Source: Erythrobacter sp. (lineage in GTDB: Bacteria > Pseudomonadota > Alphaproteobacteria > Sphingomonadales > Sphingomonadaceae). Taken from it: a stretch of DNA of 64,000 nt. Shown here piece by piece: positions 46,720 to 54,926 of this stretch. Position 1 is the first letter of the stretch, and every line of letters begins with the position of its first letter. The stretch spans positions 60,089-124,088 of the forward strand of contig JAACTC010000011.1 of the NCBI GenBank assembly GCA_009993635.1, given 5' to 3'. The notes below the pieces were generated by a model. That model worked only from the letters and a program-made list of their open reading frames with translations. It did not search any database and had not been told where the DNA came from. A program made the position numbers and the translations under genes.

Positions 46720-48039
46720 ATGATATTGCTGGTTGACAGGCCACGTGGCACCATCGTATATGGTGGTGTAGGCAACGTCAAACGGTGGTCCTTGGGTCAA
46801 CACTTTCTCCTCTCAGCGCGCTACCGCGATCTCCCGATCGCAAAGATCGCGCGCCTGAGCGAGGCAGAGGCCTACGATATCTTCCTGCATGCTCGATGGA
46901 TGGATGGGGTGCCGAAGTGTCCCGAATGCGATTCAGGGGCATGGACGCTGGGCGATCACTCCTGTCCCGGCGACAAGCGCCAGTTCCGCTGCAAGAGCAA
47001 TCCGTGCAGGAAGAAATTCTCTGTCACGAGCGGAACGCTGCTTCACAGCCGGAAGAAGGACTTCGTGACGATCCTGGTTGCCATCAGGTTGTTCATTTCG
47101 GGCGCGAAGGGGATCTCGTCGATTCAGCTGGGCGCTGATGGCGACATGGCTATCAAGACCGCATGGGTCCTCGCTCACAAGATGCGCGAGGCGCAGATCA
47201 AGAACCAACTGGGCCGGCAGCTTTCGGGCATAGTAGAGATCGATGGCTCTACCTATGGTGGCTACTATCACCAGGTGAACGAGAAGTCGGAGCGCATCGA
47301 CCGGCGTAAACTCGGGAACATCACCGGCAAGGAGATGTCGGTGGTCGTGGCGCGCGAACGTAGCACGAAGGATCGGGTTGGTCTGAGTGTTTGCACCGTC
47401 GTGCCGCACGAGGCAGATTCACGTCCCTTCATCGTGGACAGCGTCGACCGCTTCGCCAAGGTCTATGCGGACGATGGCAGCCATTGGGATGCGCTGGCGG
47501 CGGCTTTCGACATAGATCAGGTCAACCATTCCCAGCGCTATTATGACAAGGGCATCTGCACGAACCAGGCGGAGAGCTACTTTTCGCGCGTCGATCGGAT
47601 GGAGATGGGAACGCACCATCATATCGCCGGGGATTACCTGTGGGGCTACGCCTGCGATGCGGTGTGGCGCGAGGACAAGCGCAGGGACACCCAGAGGGAG
47701 CGGTTCCAGTCGATCCTGATCGGTCTGCTCGGCAATCCCGTTTCCCGCACGATGAAGGGATACTGGCAACGCCATCTGGAAGTGGCTTCGGAAGAGCCCA
47801 ACCTCGAAGCAGAGCTGCTGGTCGAGGATGAGAACCTTGCCGATGATGAGGCCGAAGGCATGAGCCAGAAGGACATCATCGCGTTGTTCGGCCGGGACGC
47901 TCTGCCTGCTCAGCGCAGGCAGCCGGGTGGAAGGCAATGGAAGGCGCGGAAGCCGTTCGTCCCGAAGAAGCCGGATATCAGGCCCAAACCGTGGTCGGAG
48001 TTCCAGCAGCCGCGAGGCCTGCCTTCGTTCATTCCGTAG
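46720..48039 (+). CDS. IS1595-family DDE transposase (with C-terminal extension)
   Basis: The N-terminal zinc ribbon reads RWMDGVPKCPECDS...FRCKSNPCRKKFSVTSGT. It is followed by an ISXO2-like DDE domain (IVEIDGSTYGG...VYADDGSHWD...NQAESYFSR). Confidence 0.8.
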   Translation: MILLVDRPRGTIVYGGVGNVKRWSLGQHFLLSARYRDLPIAKIARLSEAEAYDIFLHARWMDGVPKCPECDSGAWTLGDHSCPGDKRQFRCKSNPCRKKFSVTSGTLLHSRKKDFVTILVAIRLFISGAKGISSIQLGADGDMAIKTAWVLAHKMREAQIKNQLGRQLSGIVEIDGSTYGGYYHQVNEKSERIDRRKLGNITGKEMSVVVARERSTKDRVGLSVCTVVPHEADSRPFIVDSVDRFAKVYADDGSHWDALAAAFDIDQVNHSQRYYDKGICTNQAESYFSRVDRMEMGTHHHIAGDYLWGYACDAVWREDKRRDTQRERFQSILIGLLGNPVSRTMKGYWQRHLEVASEEPNLEAELLVEDENLADDEAEGMSQKDIIALFGRDALPAQRRQPGGRQWKARKPFVPKKPDIRPKPWSEFQQPRGLPSFIP

Positions 48040-48110
48040 CCTTGTGCTGAATGCCGGCCGAGTGTCAGCATTAACGCGATGATGACCATGCGGATGCCAT
48101 CTGTCGCCGC

Positions 48111-49040
48111 ATGAACTTGATTCGACTATTTCTGGCGGCGTTTCTTCTGGTTGCCTGCGTGTCCTCACCCGCACACGCTGTAACTACGCAGTCTGACGCC
48201 GCTCCTTCAGAGAATGCCGTAAGTAGCAGAAGCCCAGACGTAGGTGACGGAGCCCAGCCAGCTTCCAAGGCCGACGACGGCGAGGACGACAAAAACCCAA
48301 GCCGCCGGACCGTCAACGGCCAAAGATTTATCGATACAGACCTTGAATGGCCGATACAGAGGCCATGCCGCGAGGGTGAGGAAGATCGCTACAGTGATCT
48401 GTGTGCTCAGTGGCACGCCGCTAAAGGCTCCCAAAAATCGGCGTTCTACGCGTTTTGGGGTGTATTGATCGGAATTGCTAGCACTGTGATCTTGGTTGTC
48501 ACGCTCATATTCGTGAAGCGTGGCACCGATGCTGCGGTGAATGCTGTCGCCGTTGCTACCGATGCCCAGAAACTTCAGCGCGCCGAATTCCAGCAACGAA
48601 TGCGCCCTCGATGTGCGGTAATCGGAATCAGCCTGGTCGAAGACTGGGCGGCGAGCGTGAAAGCTGGCAGTCCTATCCCTATGCGGATACAGCTCGAGAA
48701 TCTCGGCAGCACCACTGGTCGCCATCTCTCTCTGCTTCTCGATGGCATTGCGTTTCTCGCCCTTGATGGCACCGAAGTCTGGAGCGAAAAGCGCATAATT
48801 CCCCTCGCTCCTTTGCGTGCTGGACAACAACGTGAGGAGCTCATGCTGATTGAGCATACCGCGGCTGGATCCGAGATTCATGGGGTCGAGGTAAGGGGTC
48901 GCATTGGATCCATTTCCGACAAGGTCGGCGAGGAGCCGGGGCTTTCCTTCATTGAGTATTTCGTATGGCGTGAGAACTCGCTCCATCGTGGCAGCCCTGA
49001 CTTGGTCGAGCGGCCACATGAGAAAGACCCCGAGCATTGA
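48111..49040 (+). CDS. hypothetical lipoprotein/membrane protein (strand ambiguous, see findings)
   Basis: The lipobox signal is MNLIRLFLAAFLLVAC, with one internal TM helix. A 20-codon sample shows purine-rich position 1 and higher GC3 than the antisense frame. No RBS was seen. Confidence 0.4.
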   Translation: MNLIRLFLAAFLLVACVSSPAHAVTTQSDAAPSENAVSSRSPDVGDGAQPASKADDGEDDKNPSRRTVNGQRFIDTDLEWPIQRPCREGEEDRYSDLCAQWHAAKGSQKSAFYAFWGVLIGIASTVILVVTLIFVKRGTDAAVNAVAVATDAQKLQRAEFQQRMRPRCAVIGISLVEDWAASVKAGSPIPMRIQLENLGSTTGRHLSLLLDGIAFLALDGTEVWSEKRIIPLAPLRAGQQREELMLIEHTAAGSEIHGVEVRGRIGSISDKVGEEPGLSFIEYFVWRENSLHRGSPDLVERPHEKDPEH

Positions 49041-49211
49041 TACGATCACGACCGTGATCTGAAGCTTCCGAGCTCTTGGTGTAGAAATTTCCTTTTCCAT
49101 ATTCCGTCTCCTTCGAAGACGGCAACACGGGTCGGGCTGTAGGCTCGCGATTATCGCGCGCCGTCAAAAATCGCGTAAGTTTCGCTAAGGGGCGATGGCG
49201 GATGTCCGAAA

Positions 49212-49245
49212 TTTTCTAGGGGTAGGCTCGCCTACCCCTAGAAAA
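49212..49245. repeat. perfect 16-bp-stem palindrome near the right end of the element
   Basis: TTTTCTAGGGGTAGGC-TC-GCCTACCCCTAGAAAA. Confidence 0.9.
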
Positions 49246-49270
49246 CCCCTCCTCATGAGAAAGAGGTCCT

Positions 49271-49297
49271 ATTGGTCCCCTCTGCGCTAAAATGCTG
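49271..49297. repeat. right terminal inverted repeat
   Basis: The reverse complement is CAGCATTTTAGCGCAGAGGGGACCAAT. Confidence 0.85.
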
Positions 49298-49305
49298 GAG
49301 TTCCA
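49298..49305. repeat. right copy of the 8-bp target-site duplication GAGTTCCA
   Basis: Identical to 34611..34618. Confidence 0.85.
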
Positions 49306-49897
49306 GCGCCCGGTGCTCGATTCGCTGCGCCAGCCGCTGGAGACGGGCAAGGTCGACGTCGCGCGCGCCAACGCGCATGTCAGCTTCCCCGCGCGCGTCC
49401 AGCTGATCGCGGCGATGAACCCGTGCCGCTGCGGCCACCTGGGCGATCCCTCGCTCGCCTGCAGCCGCGCGCCCAAATGCGCTGCCGATTACCAGAGCAA
49501 GGTCAGCGGGCCGATGCTCGACCGGATCGACCTGCATGTCGAGGTCGAGCCTGTCAGCGCAGCCGACCTCGCGCTGCCGCCGCCCGCAGAAGGCAGCGCG
49601 CAGGTCGCCGCGCGGGTCGCCGCGGCGCGCGAAGTGCAGGGCGCACGCGGGGCAGAGGCAGGCGTGCGCACCAATGCCGAGCTGGACGGCGAGATGCTGG
49701 AACGCTTCGCCACGCCCGACGAGGCGGGGCGCGCGCTGCTGATGCAGGCGGCGGAGCGAATGCGGCTTTCGGCGCGCAGCTACGTCCGGATGCTGCGGGT
49801 CGCGCGCACGATCGCGGACCTCGCCGGCGCGGAGCAGATCGGCCGCGTCCACGTGGCCGAGGCGCTGAGCTACCGGCGGCAGGCACCGCGGGCCTGA
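49298..49897 (+). pseudogene. comM: comM/yifB Mg-chelatase-like ATPase, 3' fragment
   Basis: EFQRPVLDSLRQPLETGKVDVARANAHVSFPARVQLIAAMNPCRCG... continues the AAA+ domain in frame with the 5' fragment once the element is removed. Confidence 0.88.
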
Positions 49898-50188
49898 CAC
49901 ACCTGACACAGTGTCCAAGGGGTAAAAACCTGCGAGGCCGAGAGCGCGGACTTGGCCGAGAGGTCAGGGGGGCGGATCGACGGTTTGAAAGAGCGGCGTG
50001 CGGGTTAGCGTGGTGGGCGTGAGTAGGACAGCGGCGATGTAGCCGCACCGATACCGCAGACGCTCATAAGAGTTCTCGGTGTATCCGATGTCCAGAGGAG
50101 CGGAGTTTTCCGACCGGTCGAAGTTGGTAGGAACACGCTCCACATATTTGTTCGCAGGAAGAATGCGCTGAGGGACCAGCGGCTCCCC

Positions 50189-50674
50189 CTACACCAGCTC
50201 ATCCAGAAACAGAGCCATCAGCATCGCCTGGCTGGTCACCCCGGCCTTGGCGTAGACTTGGCTGAGCTGCGAGCGCACGGTGCCTTCCTTCGCGTCGCGC
50301 AGGCGGGCGATTTCGGCAATGTTGCAGCCCTTCAGTGCGAAAGTCGCGATGTCGGCTTCCGATGGAGTCAGGCGCCATTGTGCGAAGCGTGCCTTGAGCA
50401 GATCGGACAGGGCTCCGCGTGCAATGCCCAGCGCCTGCTCCTGCCGGGCCGAACGCTGCAGGGTCTTGCGCAGGACGTAGCCCCCCAGCCCGACCGCAAG
50501 AAACAGGGCGACCGCGACCAGGCATTCCAGCAGCACCTCGCCCAGCGAACCTTTGCCTGCCAGTTCCAGCCAGTCGGCCACCCCGTCGATCACGAAATAA
50601 AGCGCGGCGGCGAGCTGGATCGCCACGATGGCGAGCGGGGCGACAGCCTCTTTCGGCAGGGCTTGGCTGGTCAT
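50189..50674 (-). CDS. membrane-anchored LuxR-family (HTH) transcriptional regulator
   Basis: Two N-terminal TM helices precede a C-terminal LuxR HTH (LTPSEADIATFALKGCNIAEIARLRDAKEGTVRSQLSQVYAKAGV). Confidence 0.7.
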   Translation of the reverse strand: MTSQALPKEAVAPLAIVAIQLAAALYFVIDGVADWLELAGKGSLGEVLLECLVAVALFLAVGLGGYVLRKTLQRSARQEQALGIARGALSDLLKARFAQWRLTPSEADIATFALKGCNIAEIARLRDAKEGTVRSQLSQVYAKAGVTSQAMLMALFLDELV

Positions 50675-50780
50675 TCTGGACGGTGCGCTTTCGCTTGATC
50701 GGGTGGCTGTAAGCGCCTGCTTATGGCCGCTGGGTGCGCCCCACACTAGCTCGCGCTCAACACGCAGCAAGAGAAACGCC

Positions 50781-51599
50781 ATGACCAACGAACACGATCT
50801 CACGCGGGAGACACTGTCGAAAGTGCCCGCCGTCACTCTGGGCTTCTGGATCATCAAGATCCTTGCGACCACGCTGGGGGAGACCGGGGGCGATACCCTC
50901 TCGATGACATTCAATCTCGGCTACCTGCTCAGCACGGCGATCTTCGTGGTGCCGCTGGTCGCCCTGATCATCTGGCAGGTGCGCGCGCGCGCTTTCCACC
51001 CCGCGCTGTACTGGGCAACGATCATCGCTTCGACCACCGCAGGAACTACCATGGCCGACTTCGCCACCCGATCCATCGGTATCGGCTATCCCGGCGGTGC
51101 CAGCCTGCTGTTCGCGCTGGTTCTGGCCAGCCTGCTGGTCTGGCACCGCACGATTGGCACGGTTTCGGTCAACCGCATCGCTAGCCCGCGCGCGGAAACG
51201 TTCTACTGGATCACCATCACCTTCTCGCAGACGCTGGGCACCGCGCTGGGCGACTGGGCGGCAGACACGGGCGGGCTGGGGTATCTGGGCGGGGCGGCGC
51301 TGTTCGGTGGCGCGCTGCTGGTGCTGGCGGTGCTGTACCTGACGACCAACGCCAATCGCGTGGCGTTGTTCTGGGCGGCCTTTGTGCTGACCCGACCGCT
51401 GGGGGCGACCGTGGGCGACTTCCTCGACAAGCCGTTGGCAGATGGCGGACTGGCACTGAGTCGCCCGATCGCTTCGCTGGTGCTGCTGGCAGCCGTAGCC
51501 GTGCTGGTCTGGCTGATCCCGCAGCGTGCGGGATCGCATCCGGGCGACGATCCGCAAGCCGGAAGCGAGAAACATGGGCGAGCAATCAGGCCCCAATAG
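50781..51599 (+). CDS. polytopic membrane protein of unknown function (internally repeated)
   Basis: Begins MTNEHDL...LGFWIIKILATTLGETGGD. A second similar unit reads FYWITITFSQTLGTALGDW. Confidence 0.6.
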   Translation: MTNEHDLTRETLSKVPAVTLGFWIIKILATTLGETGGDTLSMTFNLGYLLSTAIFVVPLVALIIWQVRARAFHPALYWATIIASTTAGTTMADFATRSIGIGYPGGASLLFALVLASLLVWHRTIGTVSVNRIASPRAETFYWITITFSQTLGTALGDWAADTGGLGYLGGAALFGGALLVLAVLYLTTNANRVALFWAAFVLTRPLGATVGDFLDKPLADGGLALSRPIASLVLLAAVAVLVWLIPQRAGSHPGDDPQAGSEKHGRAIRPQ

Positions 51600-51682
51600 C
51601 CTCTGGCCACCCCCGGCAACTCCCTGCCATGCGCAGCGACCTGCGTATCCGGCAAGTCGTCTGTCTCGAACGCCCCCCTTCG

Positions 51683-52663
51683 TCAAATCAGCCCCGCCGT
51701 AAACGCCAGATACACCGCATAGACCAGCACCAGGCACAGGCCCTCCACCCGCGATAGGCGTGCGCCGGTGAAGGCCAGCACCATCGCCAGCAGCGAGACG
51801 CCGACCAGCACTGGCAGATCCAGCCGCGCGATGGTGTCCGGCACCGGCGTGGGCGAAATGATCCCCGTGACGCCGCCGATGAAGAACACGTTGTAGATGT
51901 TCGAGCCGAGCACATTGCCCAGCGCCACCTCCGACTGCTTGCGGATCGCCGCGACGGCTGACGTCACCAGCTCGGGCAGCGAGGTACCGATCGCCACGAT
52001 GGTCAGGCCGACCAGCGTTTCCGACATCCCGAACTCGATCGCCAGATCGACCGCCGCATCGACCAGCAGCGTGCCCCCGCCGACGATGCAGCCCAGCCCC
52101 GCCAGCAGGAAGGCGAGCGACACGGCCCAGCCCGTGCCCCGCTCGGCCTCCGCGCTCAGCGCCGGGTCGATATTCTCCAGCGCCACCGCCTTGTCGAACG
52201 CCGCACTGTGCTGGGCTGCGGCGCGGCGCTCCTGCCGGTAAGCCAGCACGAGATAGCAGATCATCATGGCGACCAGCGCGATCCCCGCGATGCGGCCCAG
52301 CCCGGTGGTCCACGCGATCGCCAGCAGCGCACATGCCGCCAGCACGCCGACCCCGCCGTCGCGCCACAAGGTGCCGCGCGCGACTGCAATCGGCGCGAGC
52401 AGAGCCGCCACGCCCAGGATCAGCAACGTGTTGGCGATGTTCGAACCCACGATATTGCCCAGCGCGATCCCCGGCGACCCGGCCAGCGCGGCCTGCAGGC
52501 TGGCGGCAAGCTCTGGCATGGAGGTGCCCATGCCGACGATGGTAAGGCCGATCATCAGCGGCGAGACGCCCAGCTTGCCGGCAATGGCAACGGCGCCGCG
52601 CACCAGCAGCTCACCCCCGATGACGAGCAGGACGAGGCCACCCAAAAGAAGAAGTACGGTCAT
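51683..52663 (-). CDS. calcium/sodium:cation antiporter (CaCA family)
   Basis: Two alpha-repeats are present: GNIVGSNIANTLLILG and GNVLGSNIYNVFFIGG. Confidence 0.87.
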   Translation of the reverse strand: MTVLLLLGGLVLLVIGGELLVRGAVAIAGKLGVSPLMIGLTIVGMGTSMPELAASLQAALAGSPGIALGNIVGSNIANTLLILGVAALLAPIAVARGTLWRDGGVGVLAACALLAIAWTTGLGRIAGIALVAMMICYLVLAYRQERRAAAQHSAAFDKAVALENIDPALSAEAERGTGWAVSLAFLLAGLGCIVGGGTLLVDAAVDLAIEFGMSETLVGLTIVAIGTSLPELVTSAVAAIRKQSEVALGNVLGSNIYNVFFIGGVTGIISPTPVPDTIARLDLPVLVGVSLLAMVLAFTGARLSRVEGLCLVLVYAVYLAFTAGLI

Positions 52664-52914
52664 GGCAGGAAATCCAGCAGAATGCGCAAGGCCCCGAGCA
52701 GGGCAGCGGCGGCGGTTGCCTTGGCTGCCCGCGCATTGAGGATCTGCGCGCGGTTGAGGGCGACCACGAGGCGGTTAATATCCGCGTAGTCGAAGGTTTC
52801 GTGTTTGCTGACCCGGCGCACCTGCTTGCCGCTGGCGCGCAGCCAGAACCATGCGGAAAGCGTCGCCGCGACGACGACCATCAGATCGAGCAGATAGATC
52901 GCGAGCTGGAGCAT
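52660..52914 (-). CDS. small membrane protein, unknown function
   Basis: MLQLAIYLLDLMVVVAATLSAWFWL. ATGA coupling links it to the downstream antiporter gene. Confidence 0.4.
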   Translation of the reverse strand: MLQLAIYLLDLMVVVAATLSAWFWLRASGKQVRRVSKHETFDYADINRLVVALNRAQILNARAAKATAAAALLGALRILLDFLP

Positions 52915-53184
52915 CCTACGCCCCCGCCTGCATGATACGGGGCCGTCCGGCAGCATTGGGCCTGGTGGGGGGTACTGGCAGGAGAAAAGGCATGGAGGTC
53001 GACCGGGCTGTTGGAGCACTGCGTTCCGACATCGCGAGTGTGCCATGCACATTCGCCAGAGGGGCCCGGTAACGGCTGAAAAATACATCGCCCGCCTGCC
53101 TGGTGCAACGGCTATTTGCGCAGGGCCATTCCCATGGTCGGGTAATACTTGACCTCAACGCCCGCACGCGGGACCACGCACGGC

Positions 53185-54291
53185 ATGACCCAGCCCGTTA
53201 CCCTGTGGGGCCTTCCCCATTCGCTCTATACCGGCCGTGCGCGTGCGTACCTGCGCACACAGCGCATCGCCTATGTCGAGCGCCCGCCGACCGACCCCGA
53301 TTTCGCTGCGCGGATCGTGCCGGCCATCGGTCGCGCGATCATTCCGGTGGTCGAACTTGCGGACGGCACGATCATTCAGGACACGGTCGATATCATCGAC
53401 CATTTCGAGGGCGAGGATACGCCGCCGGTGCCCTACCCCGCCTACCCCGGCGACGCGCGGCTGCTGGCGCTGGCCCATCTGTTCGAGATCTACGCCGTCG
53501 TGGGGCTGACGCGCCATGCGATGCATTACCGCTGGAGCTATCTGGCCGAGCAGGAGCATTTCCTGCGCGACGCCTTTGCCACCGGCGGCGATGCAACCCG
53601 CGCCGAGGCGACGATGGGCCGGATGCATTCCTACCTGCCGATGCTGGGCGTGGATGCCCCGACCATCCCCGTGATCGAGGCAAGTTATCACGAACTGCTC
53701 GGCGCGTTGGACGCGCACTTTGCGGATTATCCATTCCTACTGGGCTCGACGCCAAGCATCGCCGACTATGCGATGTTCGGGCCGCTCTTCGCGCATCTGG
53801 GGCGCGATCCGGTGCCGCTGGGGATCATGCAGCGCGAGGCGCCGCGCGTGTTCCGCTGGGTCGAGCGGATGCACGCGCCCGATCTGGACAGTGTGGATTT
53901 TGCCGCGCCCGCGCCCGATTTTCCCGACGGCGAGCTGCCTGCAACGATGGTGCCGCTGCTCGCCCAGATCGCGCAGGAATTGGTGCCCGACCTGACCGAC
54001 CGGCTCGCCTTCCTGCGCGACTACGTGGCCGAGCATCAGCCGCAGGCGGGCGAGCCCGTCACCGACAGGCCGCATCGCCGGGTGATCGGCACGGTCGAAA
54101 CCGCGTTTCGCGGGGTCGGCTATACCGGAGGGGTGCAGCCATATACGGTCTTCCTGTGGGAAAGACTGATCGCAGCCGGACGCCATCCGGCGGCAAGGGC
54201 GCTGTTCGACGATCACGGCCTGGCGCCTCTGATCGACGTGGACCTACCGATCCGCGTCGCCCGGCGGGACAATATCGAAGTGTGGGCCTGA
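53185..54291 (+). CDS. GST-N-like domain protein (glutathione S-transferase family, long form)
   Basis: The N-terminal thioredoxin-like fold reads LWGLPHSLYTGRARAYL...IPVVELADGTIIQDTVDII. Confidence 0.6.
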   Translation: MTQPVTLWGLPHSLYTGRARAYLRTQRIAYVERPPTDPDFAARIVPAIGRAIIPVVELADGTIIQDTVDIIDHFEGEDTPPVPYPAYPGDARLLALAHLFEIYAVVGLTRHAMHYRWSYLAEQEHFLRDAFATGGDATRAEATMGRMHSYLPMLGVDAPTIPVIEASYHELLGALDAHFADYPFLLGSTPSIADYAMFGPLFAHLGRDPVPLGIMQREAPRVFRWVERMHAPDLDSVDFAAPAPDFPDGELPATMVPLLAQIAQELVPDLTDRLAFLRDYVAEHQPQAGEPVTDRPHRRVIGTVETAFRGVGYTGGVQPYTVFLWERLIAAGRHPAARALFDDHGLAPLIDVDLPIRVARRDNIEVWA

Positions 54292-54404
54292 ACCGCTTTT
54301 GCGCGGGCAGAGTACACCCCGCGCAATCCTGACAGGTTTTGTAACTGGCGTCCCCGCGCGCTCCGGCTAGGTCTTGCACCGATCTGACACCCGGAGTTTC
54401 CCGC

Positions 54405-54926
54405 ATGAGCATCACCCTCGCCATCGGCCTTGCCCTTTCGCCCGCCCTCTCGCTTCAGGCGATCACGTTTTATGATGGGCCTGACATCGGCGAGAATGGC
54501 CTGGCCGTCGATTATGGCAGCGGCGTGTGCCGCGTGTCCGTGAAGGGCAAGGATGCAGATGGGGAGCGTATCGTCGCCGAATTCTCCCGCCGCCTGCGCG
54601 ACGGCAATCTTGGCGTCGCACTCGAAGGCCCCTTCATGCAGAAGTTCAGCGATGCGGACCCGAATGCGAACCATCCGGTCACCGTCCACTTCGATACCGG
54701 CAGCAGCGCGCCCTCGCGCTCCGGCGGGTACGACGTCGGCGGCTTTCGCGAGTCCGCGTGGGGCGGCTGGGGTCCGGGCGAAGCGTCGGACGCGACCTAT
54801 GCTGCGATGAAGGAGGCCAGTTCCTTCTCGGTCGAAATGGATGGCAACACCTACGGCCCGTTCACCTGGGCCGGGACGGGCGCGGTGTGGGCCGCGCTGG
54901 ATAATTGCGAAACCGAAAATAGCTGA
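54405..54926 (+). CDS. secreted hypothetical protein
   Basis: Signal-like N-terminus. No family was recognised. Confidence 0.45.
   Translation: MSITLAIGLALSPALSLQAITFYDGPDIGENGLAVDYGSGVCRVSVKGKDADGERIVAEFSRRLRDGNLGVALEGPFMQKFSDADPNANHPVTVHFDTGSSAPSRSGGYDVGGFRESAWGGWGPGEASDATYAAMKEASSFSVEMDGNTYGPFTWAGTGAVWAALDNCETENS

Larger units (their letters stand above)
34619..49297. mobile_element. 14,679-bp transposon-like element (IS1595-family transposase plus defence cargo) inserted in comM
   Basis: The element has 27-bp TIRs, an 8-bp TSD and a single DDE transposase gene. G+C is visibly lower than in the flanks. In-silico removal restores comM. Confidence 0.8.

Noticed and set aside
48207-49100. 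Minus-strand 297-aa ORF as the preferred call in the right-end region
   Set aside because: It is not fully rejected. It has a good RBS, but the codon-position composition in the stretch I sampled favours the plus-strand frame. It is kept as a finding rather than a feature.
34619-49297. Integrase-type genomic island, prophage or ICE
   Set aside because: No tyrosine or serine recombinase, excisionase, tRNA or tmRNA target, capsid, tail or conjugation genes were recognised. The ends are inverted repeats with a TSD, not direct att repeats.
50757-52367. 536-aa minus-strand ORF spanning the membrane-protein and CaCA genes
   Set aside because: It is Arg/Gly-rich and crosses two well-supported genes that lie in other frames or strands.
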